The notes below the pieces were generated by a model. It was not told the origin of the DNA. It was given only the letters and a program-made list of their open reading frames with translations, and searched no databases. This document shows, in pieces, positions 35,908 to 50,262 of a stretch of DNA of 64,000 bases. Both the position numbers and the translations under genes were made by a program. The DNA comes from Eledone cirrhosa (taxonomy: Eukaryota), in NCBI GenBank assembly GCA_964016885.1, contig OZ024742.1, positions 174,468,001 to 174,532,000 on the forward strand, in the 5' to 3' direction. Every line of letters starts with the position of its first letter. The stretch's first letter is position 1.

Positions 35908-38699
35908 AGAAAACAAGAAAGAAAGAATGAAAAAAAGAACACCACTATGATGGCCTGTGGTTTTTTACCATGTTTACTTTTAGTAACTAGTAAAAGAATC
36001 CCTTTGAAAATAGCTTCCCTTTCATTCCCCAGAAATATCCCAGTTACTTGCTAATAAAAGGGTAAATTATTTTGGTCTCTTTCCACAATACAATGGCTCA
36101 AATAATAAAACAAGACTTTATTCTCATTAATTCATGATTTTATTAATATCCCTTTTATAATCTTTTCATATTCTTATATATTCCTTATTAAATTCACGTC
36201 CTTTATATTCTTTTATATTCCTTATTATATTCCTATCCTTTATAATCCCTTTTATGTTCCTTGTTTTCCTTTATATTCTTCTTATATTCCATTATCTTTT
36301 AACTATGTTGTGTTGTTGCTGCACAGTCCATTGCTGTATTTTTCCCTTATTTCAGTCTATTGTCAGTAGTCTTTTACCATTATATTACTGCCATTTCTTC
36401 AGCTTGAGCAATAGTCGCCATCTTGGCAGTAACCAGCCAGCAAAGTTTCCATCTATTATGATTAACACAAAAACTTCTGTTCTCATATTCTTCAAAATAC
36501 ATTGTCTTCAAATCTTAATATGTTGGTTCGTCTATAAATTTTTCTTGGTTCGTGTCAGTATTTGTTCCAGCTCTCTATACTTTGTGTTCAATACCTGTTG
36601 AGGTCAACTTTGCTTTTCACCCTTTCAAGGATCGATAAAGAAAATACCTGTCCAAGATAATTTAAATTATCACCATGTCCCTTAATATTTTTTTCAAAAT
36701 TTGTTCATATTTTCTATTAGATACTGCATTAATACTGCCATACACGTTTGAAGTACCAGTCTAGAATTAAGGTTGATTCTGCCTCTATATCCCTTTCTTA
36801 CTTTCTATCCTTCTCTGGAAGAAATCTGCAGTGTTCAGACCTGGAGAGGGGTGTGCTCTACCAGGCTTAAAATGCCCAACAAATGCTGTATGCTACTACA
36901 GCACCACTACAGCTCTATCATATGTTACGGAACCATACCATATCATATATTTTTAAATAATTCTATATTCATAATGGTTTTCTAACTTCCTTACAACAAA
37001 TTGTAATGCCCAATGCTAACATACTTAGTTTAGTCGAAATACATGTGGCTAAGTGGTTATGGTAGCTCACAATATGGTAATAAAAGGGTTAATTAAATGA
37101 GTCATACATACAATATGATCAGGCAGCTGAATTATCATTGTCAAAACATAGAATCCATCACTAACAGTTTTTCCTTATATGCAAGCATTCAGGCAACTTA
37201 TATGTATGTGCGTGTGTGTGAGCACATGTGTCAGCATGTGTGCATTAGTGTGTATGTGTATTCTTCAGTCAGTTCTACTATCTCTCAGAAATGTATATAT
37301 ATATTGTTTCCATATATATTTTCAACATACATACATAGTTGATTGCTTCTTATTTCTGTTCTTGTTTCAGGGAAAAGTTCATGTTACATATTAGATGAAC
37401 ACGTGATTGCTTGCAGTTATTGTCTACCAAGATATTTATATATTTTCTCCCTCCTTAGTTGTGAAATATAAACTATTTAGAATCAATACAATAGACATAG
37501 GTTGTTTCACTTAGAATAAATGTCATTTGTGTGCAGGTATTCTCTGGCTTTCTCTTTTGTTTTTCTTTTTTATTTATTATGTTGTTGTTTTTTTAAGTTT
37601 ATTCTTTGCAGTTACATGACTTAGTGGTGAGAGTAGTGGGCTCATCATTTTAAGGTTGTGAGCTTGATTTCAAGTGGTCCTTGGGTAAGACAATTTATTT
37701 CATTTTGCTCCAGTCTACTCAGCTGGAAAAAATTAGTCACAAGACCAGTCTTGTGACACAATCTGGATGAATCTTCTTCTGCATCCATATATTCCTGGGT
37801 AGATTGTGGAGGCAGGATTCAAACATTTCTTCTAGAGGGTCCTGTCAGAAGCAACCATCTCCAATTGACCCAGCTGGATCCTCAAGTGGGAACAACTGAG
37901 CTCATTGATATTATACAACCATCTTGCTTGGAGTATTCCCCTGGGTCTCCTGTTGGTTGATTTTGCCAATAAAATCTGTTCAATGATTCTTTCCTCGGAC
38001 ATTCTAATCACATGCCAGTAGTGTCAGAATGGTGATCTTCAATATTACACACATGAATCACCCTGAGAATTACATTAAGTGTACACATATTTCTGGAATA
38101 CTCAACCACTGACACCATTATAAAAGATGGACTGTATCTGTAAATCAATGGGCCAGTCTTGTCACACATGTGTCATGTTAATAACCTGCAATGATTTAGC
38201 AGAACATTTCTAAAAATTGGTTTGTTAATTTAAATGTTTATAACATTTTTATTGGTGGATAAAAAAAGACTATTTTTTATAATGTGATGCAGCCATATTG
38301 TTTGCTATTTTTTAAGAATGTTTTGCTGTTGTAATTTCATATGGTGTGTTAATTCAAATATGTATATCCTTACCAGCAGAGGGACAGTTGCAAAAATTTG
38401 AAGTAGTCTAAAGCAAGGACTTTAATATGTATTTTGATGTGGTCGTAGTGCTAATGTGTTACAGAGTATTAAGAGTTAAGGATGCATGTATCTGAGGAAT
38501 GCTCAGCAGGCTGTTCCATTGATCAAAGAACAGAAACAGTGGACATCAGAACTGATAGAGTTCTAACAGATATACACATTCTCTTCACAGCTTCTTCATT
38601 ATGATAAGTTCTTGTTTATTTCTTACTCATACCTGATTGAACATATCTGCAGAGCAACAAGTGCATTAACCCTTCCATTAACATATTTCTAATGAAAGG

Positions 38700-40230
38700 C
38701 ACAGCTCTCTTCTTCTTTGCCCACTCATTCTTGAAAGTGTCGTGGAGGCAGAGTCTAGCAGGTCCTGTCAGAACCAACTGTCTCCAACTGATCTGGCTGG
38801 ATCTCCAAGCAAGACCAGCCAAGTTCATAGGTATTATCCAACCATCTTGCTTGAGCTCTACCTCTGGGTCTCCTGACTGTTGATTTTGCCTGTAAAATCT
38901 GTCCAGCAATTCTTTCCTTGGACATTCTAACATGTTCATAGTATAGGTGCTGTGATCTCTCAATTTGGGGAAGTAGTGGCTCTACCTGGGGGCTCTCAGA
39001 CCTCTATCATGTAACATTACTCCTCAGACCCTTTAGATGAACCCCATTTCAGCTGCTTGTATTCACAATACTATTCTTTTTAATTCATAATTATAGATAA
39101 AGGGTGGTACAAATACTGAATTGAACATAATGAATTTGGTTTTTACACCTACATCCCATCTTCTGAATTGCTGAAGCTGGCACATTACTGCACCAACTTC
39201 TGCAATTCTTGCACTTAATTCAGCCTCATGCCTTCCATCACTCATGAACATGGCCCTGATATACTTGAACATCTCTACTTTCCTCAGTGGAAATCCATTC
39301 ACATGCAGAGTGCACTACGCAGGCTTCCTTGAGAGAAGGAGTGTCTCAATTTTCGCACACTGATTTTCATTCTAGCCATGCAGCATTTTGGCATCAAACT
39401 GCTCAAGTGCAAATTAGATATCATCTTCTGTTGCATTAAGTAGCCATGTCGTCTGCAAATTCCAGTCAACTGATTTTACACCTGCCATTTCATGAAAATA
39501 ATGAACAGAAGAGGTATGAGGAGCAAACTGACTCCTACATTGAATGGTTTCAATTTAGTGATCATATGCATGTTTGAGGTCTACAAAACAATATACATCT
39601 TGGCAATACAACCTTGATTTCTAAAAGCCCTGCTTCAGTGTACATATTTGGTCATCTGTGCTGCATCCAGGGTGAAAACCGCACTGTCCATCAGCTAGCT
39701 TGGATTCAACAATTACCCTACATCTCTTTGCCAAACACTTAGTATAGTGTCTAGGGAGGCTTAATAAGGATATCCTTCTGTAATTGGAGCAATCTGTCTT
39801 GTTTACTTTTTTGAAAATTGGGATTATCACTCCCAATTGCAAGAAAGAAAACTTATTTTGAAGCGAAATTGTGTAGGCCTCCTTCTTTGTTTGGATGGTA
39901 TCTCCAACTCTTGAGTGAACTAAGGGATCCTACTGCCATCCGGTGCTGCACCAAACCTCTTTCACCCATAACATTTAACTGCTGAAGTAGAAACTGCTGA
40001 GCTGAGCAATCTCTACTCTGTCTCAATACTCTTAGTTTGCTCAGGGAGTTCTCTGAATTTGGATGCAATAGTATATGCGCACCACCTGGTCCTGACTTCC
40101 TTATCCACCAATGTTTCCCACTTTATCCTGTAGGTCACCCAGGACCTGCTACTTTTGTGGGCTTTTTCAAGTTGCTTATAACTAGATGTTGACAGTTGAC
40201 AGCCTCACCCCTCTCTTAACATGAACATCC
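38700..40230 (-). mobile_element. Old degenerate RTE-type LINE of a second family
   Basis: GVIIPIFKK..DCSNYRRISLLSLP, QCGFHPGCSTDDQI, KVEMFKYI and RRPRGR..RWLD. A related 3' fragment lies at ~37830-38030. Confidence 0.8.
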
Positions 40231-41906
40231 TATGATTTTCAAATTCTTTTAGAAATATTCATATATATAGAAAGATTTAGTAATATTTATCAAATTTCCC
40301 ATTATTGAGCTGGTGTTTGGAACATAAATTAATTGTTCTCATATAACATCAAGATGGATGGTTTTTATATAAATATAAACACGTTAAAACAAACAGCTTT
40401 GTATCAGAGAATCAGAGCCTGTTTCAGGTGGTGTGGTATCAAAAGAAGTGATGCTATTTTACCTTGCTAGGATCCTCTGTAGGTCTGATGAAAGCATTCA
40501 TGCTCATCATACAATCCTAATTGAAGCAATGTTTTACAGACAGATGCCCTTATTGGTGCTAACCTTTTTATTTACCTCTTACAACACACAAGGAAATAGA
40601 GTACTTATTCTAAAGTAGGTACACAGAGTACACCTTGGATAAAAGAAATTCTACTTGTCACCACCTTGTCTTGTTTTTCTCAGAAACACAGACATAGCAA
40701 TATGATAAAGAAGTTGTTACATAACTACATGGTTTCAGGCTTAATCTCCTTACACAATAACTTAGTACCTGTGTGCCTCCTAATGTAGTTAACCAATGCC
40801 TAAGCAGTGATATATGATAAATAAAACAGTATGGAGGTTTCTTAAAACGGTTTCAGCTTTGCCATTCGGCACATAATTCTTATATAATATATATGCTCTA
40901 TTTACCTTAAGTATATCCAATCCAATCCAAGGCCTTCACACTTCTGTTGGAGGAACTCCTCCCTGGCTGATTTCCACTGCTTTTGGTTTTGATCATGTCT
41001 TCAGGGGTGTAACCTTACTTACCATGCTTGGCCAATAGCAGGTTGATGAGGCTATTTAACCCATAGTTGGGATGTATAGAGTACTTCGTTAATAATGGCT
41101 TTACTGGTATTAACTAGTAATATTTCATATATATGTATGTGTGCATGCATCTGTGTATGTATTTATATAGACTTACCATATTTTCAAGTTTGTCTCAGAA
41201 TGTTCCAGTTTAATGGGTTTATCTTAGTGTTCCATATGGTTTATTAATTTGTCCTAATTGACCCTGAACTGTCCAAGATTGTCCCATGAATTCAAATATA
41301 AAAGCCAAAGCAGGGGTCACAGTGCTACATACTATCCAAATAAACAGCTTTGCTAGGGAATAGATCACATTATTGATTCAACAATTCAACTCAAATGAAA
41401 TTTCCAGTTTTCCACTCTCTCTATTCAATAACCTTCCAAATAAAATAAAACCACACAACTACCTCAACATATTCTCTCCACGATTAATATATGATAAAGT
41501 AACACAACACATATTACGCTTTTCCACACATACACATAACAGAACAAACACTAACATAACACCAGAAGCAACAAGCTAACAAACACACTCAAATATGATT
41601 GATGTATTACACTAACAGGATGAGTCTCTATTTCCTCCACCCCAACAAAAACAAAAACACACAATGTTACACAAAGACTTGAGGAACACAGACGTGAACC
41701 CTGGTAATGCAGTGAAAACTTGCATGATATTACCAATGAAATAATAATAAAGATGTCTAATTAAGGTACAAGGGACAGAAAAAAGTCAATTGGGAGGATA
41801 AAAGGTAAAGTAGACTTTGGTTGGATTTGAAATCAGAATATAAAGAGCCAGAACAAATACTACAACAAAATTGTATGCGACACTCTAGGAATTCTGCCAA
41901 TTCACC

Positions 41907-41963
<57 letters not shown>

Positions 41964-42439
41964 GTATAGTAAATTCAAATAAATTTCAATGGGAGAAAAT
42001 TGCTTTCTTCTTAACGATACAGTTGCTTTGAAAAATAGCTTAGAATTGTAAAATATAATAAGAGAGTTTATAAAATAAAGATGAATGAAATGGTCTGAAA
42101 TTAAACTTTCATAATACTAAAAGGCTGACTAGTAGCTGAGATTTGCAGTTGGTGAGGTGAAATTGCCATTTGCAGAATATTTATGTAGAGAAAGATGGAG
42201 AGGAAAAAATCTTGAATAAAATGGTAATATTTTGGCAAGCTTTATTCCGAGGAAGAGAAGAAATGTGAAATAAAGATTCAACAACATGATTTCCAGCCAT
42301 TCTGGTGAAATGAATGTCGAATGAAAAAAAATTAAATAGGCATGACATTTGGATATCGTTTGAAAGTATTTAGGTAGAAAGGTTAGAGGACAATGTAGAG
42401 AATCTATGGCATTTACGTATCATTGTGAAATATTTCATA

Positions 42440-42688
42440 TGCACAGGCAAGGCTGTGTGGTGAAGGAGTTCATTTTACAATGATGTAGCTCTGGGTTCAG
42501 CTCCAATACATGGCACCTTGAGCAAGAACCTTCTACTGAAGCCTCTGATTGACCAATGCCTTGTGAGCAGAAATTGGTAGACAGAAACTGTGTAGAAGCC
42601 TCATATAAATTCATATTTATATATATTCCAAATATGCCACTAGGAAAACATTTGTTAAATGATGATGATAAAGATTTATACGTATATG

Positions 42689-42720
<32 letters not shown>

Positions 42721-42910
42721 CGTGTTTCTATGTTTGTTTGTGTTTTTGTCCTGTAACTTGGTGATTCAATGCATTAGATTAATAAAATAAGTACCAGACC
42801 ATATCAGAGTTGAAAAACAATTGAAATAAGCACTTGGGCTAATATAATCAACAAAATCCCTTTGAGCTCAGCATAACTGTAGGCATATTACTATAACTAG
42901 TAAAAGTATA
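42440..42910 (+). mobile_element. Old SINE C with internal (TG)n (also ~45230-45570, ~40700-40840, ~29840-29910)
   Basis: CAGGC..GGCTGTGTGGT..GGGTTCAG..GGCACCTTGAGCAAG..TTCTACT..GACCAATGCCTTGTGAG..TTGGTAGAC is shared among the copies. Confidence 0.65.
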
Positions 42911-43149
42911 AAAGAATAAAATAATGGTATTTAGATAACATTTCAAAGGTTAGGGAATATTTGCATATGACAATCTATGGCATTTACATAGCATTTTGAT
43001 CTATTTCTGTAAAAGGAATTCTGAAGATAACAGATTTGATCCAATACACTACTGTGTAACATTTCTTCAATATGTCTATGTCAATATGTCAATATGTCTC
43101 AGGAACATATTTATTTCTGTAATTGTACTGTAGCAGATTAAACAATTTA

Positions 43150-43388
43150 ATCCTTTTGATACCAAACCGCCTGAAACTGTCCTTGGTTCTAAGATACAAA
43201 GTAGTATATTTCAAAGTGTTTATATTTATCTAAAAATATACTTCCTTTATAATTTTATGTAAAAACGTTTGTAACAAAGGTTACAAACACCTGATTACTA
43301 AATCTTTCCAATTTCTTAATTATTTTCAAAATCATCTGAAAATTGTAGGCAATATATTTCTTTAGAAATATCATAATGAAAGTGTTTA
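43150..43388 (-). mobile_element. piggyBac-like CCCTT-ended MITE family (also ~13466-13640, ~47570-47797, ~40250-40450)
   Basis: Shared ends TTAACCCTTT(C)..TACCATATTT and GGTTTGGTATCAAAAG(GG)TTAA, with a shared internal sequence across copies. Confidence 0.55.
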
Positions 43389-43519
43389 TGTAAGAAATTA
43401 TAAGCTGAAGGTGAATAAGTCTATTATTAGCTATTATTTTCCAACAAAATGGATTCTATTTATGAAATCTAATAGTATAAATAATGAGAGAGAGGGAGAA
43501 TGAACAACAGATATATATA

Positions 43520-43553
<34 letters not shown>

Positions 43554-45689
43554 ATCACTGTGAGGGAGAAATTTACTCAAAGAGAGAGGGAGAGAAAGAG
43601 AGACAACAATAATGAGAGAGAGAAAACAATAGCAGGACAGTGTAAGATAAAAGAAGAGAGAGGAAGGAATGATAGGGAATGAGAGGCTCCTTTTCATTGG
43701 TGTCATCTACGACATAATTCAGTGTTAGTGACCAATATGTCATTCTGTTCCCCATAAATACATTCCATTCAACAGAACGTGATGTTATCCATAGAGAATG
43801 TTTTTTAAATCTCAATATTGTTTCTATAATTGGTGGCTGTTTCTTCTTTTGAAAGGAACAAAAGAGTGAGAAGATAAAAGAACATCGAAGCAAAGGGAAG
43901 TAATTGTGTCATAACAAGGGTTGCTTATTATCCTAAGTATGGTAATTATTGTCACACTCATTATAACCCTCATCATGTCATATCTTTTCTGCTTTTCTTG
44001 TACTTCTAAATGGTGGTCTGTCAATGATTTACCTGTTTCTCTATTCTAGATAACTAATACTGAATATAAGAAGTTTTTATCATTGAACTTAATATTTTAT
44101 AACATATGAAACAATCTTACCAAGACGTTCATAAACTGTATAAAGTATCACAAGGACTTCATCAAATTACGAATAAAAGTGTTTACTTTAATACTGCAAA
44201 TGATCAAAACAATATCTTGAGCAGTAAGTATACTATAACCATTTTAATTATCAAACCATATAAAACCACATTAACAAGACATTCTCAAAAGGTACAAAAC
44301 ATCACAAAGACTGGATCACATTAAGAAATGTCTTTACTTGCATTTTTTTTACAATAATCTGCCCACTAGTAAAGATACAATAAACATTTGAATAAAAACA
44401 AAATGCACATAAACCCACATTAGCAAGATATTCTTATAAAGTACAAAACAACATATGAATAAAACACATAAAAAATTAAAATTCATACTATAGTGCTACT
44501 AATATTTACAAGAATATGTTCACTGGTAAAGATACTATAAGCATTTGAATAAACAAACCCATCATTTTTGCATATGTTTTGCTAAATTCTTATAGGATGC
44601 TAAAAATAATATTAGGTCTAACCTGTTCAAGTTTTCAATTATCAAAGTAGAATATGAAGTTTAATAATATGGCAAATATTACCATGAGGACTTGATGGCA
44701 TATACATGGCAGAAAATATTAAAAACAAATTCTTACTAAATTATTTAAAAGTGACCAAATAAAGTACTCTCTGTAAAGTGGTAGGGCATGATACAATGCA
44801 TCCAGTACACTCAGTTAAGTGGTAGTGCAAGTATCATGATAAAATCACCCAGTACACTGTGTAACGTAGTATTGGTAGTCTAATAATTTTATGCATCCTG
44901 AAATCTCAATAAAGCCATGCTGGTGCCATAATAAAATGCACCTAGTATACTCTCTAAATTGGCAGTACTGATGCCACAATAAACTGTACATAGTACACTC
45001 TGTAAAGTGGTTAGTGTCAGGAAAGCCATCCGGCCATAGAAATCATACCATATGAGGACTATTTCCCTTCCCCTGAACATAACAACTAATGCAAACATTG
45101 GAAGCATATTCAAAGTGATAATGATGACCAAATTTTGAGAATACTGATTATGTAGGATGCTGGACATAATCCTGTAGTTTGAAATATGTTAATACAAATA
45201 TTTCTACAATTAGTTCTACATAAACACAGGCAATTCTGTGTGGATAAAGTTTTCTTCTTTTTTTTTTGTAACCACACAGTTTCAAGGTTATTCCCACTGT
45301 GTGGTATTTTAGGCAAGTGTTTTCTAGTATAGTCTTGGGTTGACCAATGCCTTGAAATTAAAATTTGGTAGAAACAGTGTAGAAGCCTCATATACACGTG
45401 TATATGTGTTTACATCTACTCTTTGTTTATGACATAACTTAGTGCATCAATAAAACAGTGATTGATACAATATGTATCAGGCATTAAAGAAATTAATTAC
45501 TTGGATCAATATAGTTGACTAAAATCCCATCAAGGCAGGATCACACAATGGTCACAATCAAATGTAAAAGGAAGTAAAAAAAATCTATGTAAAACAATAT
45601 TAGGTTTGATAAACAATAATATACTCTAGGTATAAACAACCATAGCTAAAATTGTTTAATTCTATTTTGTACTTGGTAGGTTTGGAGGA

Positions 45690-46062
45690 AGGGTTTGTGT
45701 CCACAGATTTCACAGGGTCTGCTAAGATTGGAGAGATCAATAGCATTGATGGTCTGTTTACAGGCCTCTTCCTTTGGAAAAGAAGTTGAGCAGGAGAACA
45801 ATTTGTGCTGGTATGGACATGCAATGCATATGGATGATGATTGCTGGGTGAAGATGTTCCCAGAGTTGCAAGTCAAAAGAAGCCAGGAAAGAGGGAAAAC
45901 CAAGAAAAATGTGGGTTGAAGTGGTGAAAGCTGATTTCAAGAAACTTAATCTCACAAAGATGACAAAGGAAAGAAACAAGAGAAGTTTCGCAATAGTGGT
46001 GAGGATTTGTTTAATTCATGAAGTATTGAAAAATGAGTGTAAAAATGAGGATGATGATGATG
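45690..46062 (+). mobile_element. Old RTE 3' fragment
   Basis: LLRLERS, CWYGHAMHMDDDCWVK, RGKTKKMWVEVVKADFKKLNL and an (ATG)n tail. Confidence 0.75.
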
Positions 46063-46907
46063 AGTTGGCAGGGCCTTCCATTGGGATGAAATTCTGGGTA
46101 TGAATGATTAGGCTCATTAGGCCAATGCTTGTCCTAGATTCCCTAGTGGTAAATAGATGATTGAGAATACAAGAGTTTCCCCTCGACAGCATATCAGTCC
46201 ATTGCAGTGTTAAACCTCCAGCTACTGCTGGTATTCATTTTCAGCTGAGCATCAAGTAATGAAATGTCTTTTGTTCAGGAACTCCACACAAAACTTATCC
46301 AGGAATAATACACTCAACATTATGATTGTAAGTCAAACACACTAACCATAGGCTACACACCCATTTTAGATAAATATAAAATTTATGAACGATTTTTCAA
46401 ACCAAGAATAGATTCAAGTGGTTTGGTATCAAAAAGAGTTAAACCGATTGTTTAACACAATCATTATTCATCTATCAACGTAAACCATGTTCTTCATCAA
46501 GGCGAGCATGAATCACAGAAGCTAGGGTTCTGCTTCAAAACTGTGTAGCAGGAATTCCTGAAGAGTTACTTATAATTTACAATACACAAATACAATTTAC
46601 TCAATAGAAGGAGTGAGAAACCTTTTTTTCATATTTGAAGGTTACATTGAATTAAAAGTAATCTAATTAGGCTGAATTAAAGAAAATGTTATTGATTATA
46701 GGGAAAATATAACTACATATATTGTGGAAATGTCATTACAAATATTAAATTAGGAACTCAAAGTGTAAACTGACCTTTTTATCATTGAACTATACATACA
46801 CACACACACACCACATATATATATCTATATATATAAATATACACATGCTAATATATGTGCATACGTATATATGTATATATGTGCATATGTACATATGTGC
46901 ATATGTA

Positions 46908-46939
<32 letters not shown>

Positions 46940-49619
46940 CACATACATATATACATATACATATATACATACACATATATATATATACACACATATGTAT
47001 ATATATATATGTATATATATATATACATGCACACAACATACATAAATATATATACATGTATATGCATATACATATACATAGTTAAATTATAGCAAGAATA
47101 ACATTATATATCACTTAAAGAGTTAATACAATTACTGGTGTTATACAATAACTAAGTAAATATTTTGGTTGTTTTGAAAACTATAAGATTGATGTAAAGT
47201 AGTTCAACAACTGAAACAATAGAGGAAATAATTTAATACATTTTAACTATTATATAACAGAAAATAGAACAGCATTTTGAAGATTGTTATGCATATAACT
47301 AGCAGTAGCCATGGAAATTGTAGTTATTTTTAAACCTATACGATTGTTGAGAATGTATAGAGAACCTACAAATACATTTCGTTTTTAATTGTAATTTTTC
47401 AGAAATGTTTGATAGTTGATATGGGATAAAATTCCATATCAGTATAACTCTAGGTGAAATCTTTGGATTGAAGCCTATATTCTTTATTAAACACCTGTCA
47501 CATGTTCTACCTTGACAGTTGTTATCTCCTTCTTTTATCATGCTTTATGCCAAAGTATAAGCAACCGTACCCCTTTCTTTACCATATTTCTAAAGAAAGA
47601 CACTGCTTATACTTTTAAAATAATTTTGAGAATAATCAACTTTCTCATTTTTTTACCGGATTGTTGGAACACAAATTAATAAAGTTTCTTACATTAAAGT
47701 TGTGATAGATTTTAGGTATGTATAAACATTTTAAAATAAACAGTTTTATATTATGGAACCAAGGGTAGATTCAGGTGGTGTGGTATCAAACATGTTTACT
47801 AAAAATAGATCTGTTTTTAATTTAGTCCAGTAGTATTGCTGCAATTTGTACCCTCCCAAGATATTTGAAATTAAATACATGTAGGAAAAACATGGTCAGA
47901 AATGTGATTCCAAAGAGGTACAGTTTGAAGACAATTGTCTTGGAAAAATGTTTATTGTGTGGTTTGGAAAAAATGTAGTCACTATAACAGGCTGAAGAAA
48001 TGTGTGTGAATCAGATGGGCTTGGTTGGAGATGGTACTCAGAAGAATTGCAGCGTGATTGGTGATAGGAAGGTCATCCAGCTGTAGAAACCATGCTAAAA
48101 ATGGGTGACACTCTGTAAAGTGTTAGTGGTAGAAAGGGCATCAAGCAATCAAAAACCTGTCAAACAAACAATACGGGAGACATGACAACCTTCTAAGTGC
48201 TGGTGTCATGATACAGTGTACTATGTTCATTCTGTAGTTTACAAGAATATGTGTAAGAACGATGTTGGCCCTTGGCCCAGCTGAAAGATCAATAGCTTGG
48301 ATTAAGTACAGACTTGACTTGTGACAGCTATTTTAAATTAAACTAGCAGGCAAAATGAACATATGATGATAATGATGATGATGATGTTGATGTAATAATA
48401 CAAACAAAAAAAAACACAAAGAAAGAATTTGTTTCTGTGGCTAGTTTTGGAAAGAGCACTCAACTGTAAAATATTTGTTCTAAATATACCATTCAGAATA
48501 TTGTATTCCCAGAAGGACTTTCTAAGAGCAACAGAGGCAAAATATTTTGAACATTTTTTTATTACTAAAAATCTATTACCCAAACAAGAAGAGCTTTTAA
48601 CTAGATAGTATTATTTCTGATATATTATATAATATGCTGTTTTGATAACTAAGATGATACCAGTTTTCATTACAGGGAATAAAGGAAACATATTCTGCAG
48701 CTGGACTAAATCTTTTCAGTGTATGTTTATAACATAGCTAGCCATCTTTGAATAGGGTCAAAGAAAAAGATTTTTCCTTTATATTGAAAATCAGTGAAAT
48801 TCTCTTCACAGTGTTTCTACTGATATATGTCCTATCCACTTATACTTTATATTCACTTCAATGTTTGCTTGGTTATTTGTTTTTATAGTTGGTTTTTGGT
48901 AGTTTTTCCTCATTTGATTTCTTTCATATATTTTTATCCTTATTATACTATACTATTCAACAATATGACCCTCATCTCTAAGAAAGCCCAACAAAAGAAT
49001 TAATCAACAGTGTCTGCAGATAAATTTCATAACAATAAATATATACACATATATAATTATATACATACACGACGCATATATATATATATGTGTGTGTGTA
49101 TGTATGTGTGTTTGCAATACAAATATTTTCCTTCTTAGCTCTTCTACTCAGCAGCGACAAGCAATCAAAATAACTAAACTGTTCCTTTCAAACTTTAATC
49201 TCGTTGAATTTTGAGAATAAATGTTTACCCCATTGTGTTGTTGCCTGTTCATTGAACAAAATATGTTGAATTTAGAAGATAGACATGGAGAAAACAAATT
49301 TAGTTAGGTTTAAATCTACTCCTTCAACAAGAAACCTATTGAAATAGGAACTGGTTACTGCAGGTGATCTACCTAAATGGAATAAATGTTTTGACATAGC
49401 TAGAAGGATAGCATACAATTTATATTGCAATATCTGCACAATGTTTTTATTCATCTGTCATACAAACAATATGGTCTGTCAAAAACGTTTGAAATTTGTT
49501 TATTTAGAATTCTTAGAGCACAAATGTAAGATTAAATGAATGGTGGGTGTTTTAAAATATTCTCTGGTGTACAAGTATTAAATAACCATAGACAATTGTC
49601 AACGAATTTTAATGATTTC

Positions 49620-50262
49620 TATGCAAGGAAATTATATAATTACTGTTTTGTACAAGTATCTTCTGCTATCTTGTGGGCAAATTCATTATTCCTTGCTCAA
49701 AGAATGTCCTGTGTTTGCTGACAAAACTGCTTCAAGGTGAATTTTTACATCCTTTTTAAAGTTGAAGGTCAGCACAATGAATTTTAAAGTGCTCAAAACT
49801 GAAGGAAATCTGAAGCTGCAAGGTTGGGCAAATATAGAGGGTGTGACAAAACTTCCCAGTGAGTCTCCAGTAACCTCTACCGCATTTGTAAAGAAGTGTG
49901 CACCTTCAACCAAACCTTTTCTCAGCTGAAATATAATAAGCCACTTTTGGAACACACTTTCTGAAACAACATGCTCTATGTACATTTTGCATATCTCCAA
50001 ATAGGTTTCTTCTGTTTTCTTGCTTTTTTCTTAAGTAAAAAAGGCATGAGGCATCGATAATGTTCGATTTGGTTCTCCATTTTCAGGTTGATCAAAATAC
50101 AACCTGTCTTTTTACAATTTAATAGCAAACTACATGGAAGTGTCAAATATCTAACAAGTAGGAAAAAACAATGAACAACCTAAAGTTAACTACTACTCCT
50201 TAGAGTGTTGTTGAGGTTTACTGTTGACTAAAAAAACAAATGAACTTTTTGGTCAACCCAAT
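49620..50262 (-). pseudogene. Internally deleted mariner transposon relic
   Basis: The minus strand starts TATTGGGTTGACCAAAAAGTTC (mariner-type TIR). It has an N-terminal MENQIEHYRCLM..EICKMYIEHVVSESVFQKW and a C-terminal IMNLPTR*QKILVQNSNYI. Confidence 0.65.

Noticed and set aside
35725-36054. Poly-Glu / poly-Arg ORFs
   Set aside because: They derive from a (GAA)n microsatellite at the tail of a retroelement fragment.
40840-40880. Minus-strand GCUGAAACCG, possible hammerhead remnant
   Set aside because: No CUGANGA/UUGANAA half and no helix I pairing could be found.
43680-44060. Unique-looking sequence with possible splice sites (also 49130-49400 and 51350-51570)
   Set aside because: No open frame with a recognisable protein motif; a host exon cannot be supported without transcript data.
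44260-44560. Diverged ~150-bp tandem duplication
   Set aside because: It is old and AT-rich with no ribozyme core or coding signal; an ordinary local duplication.
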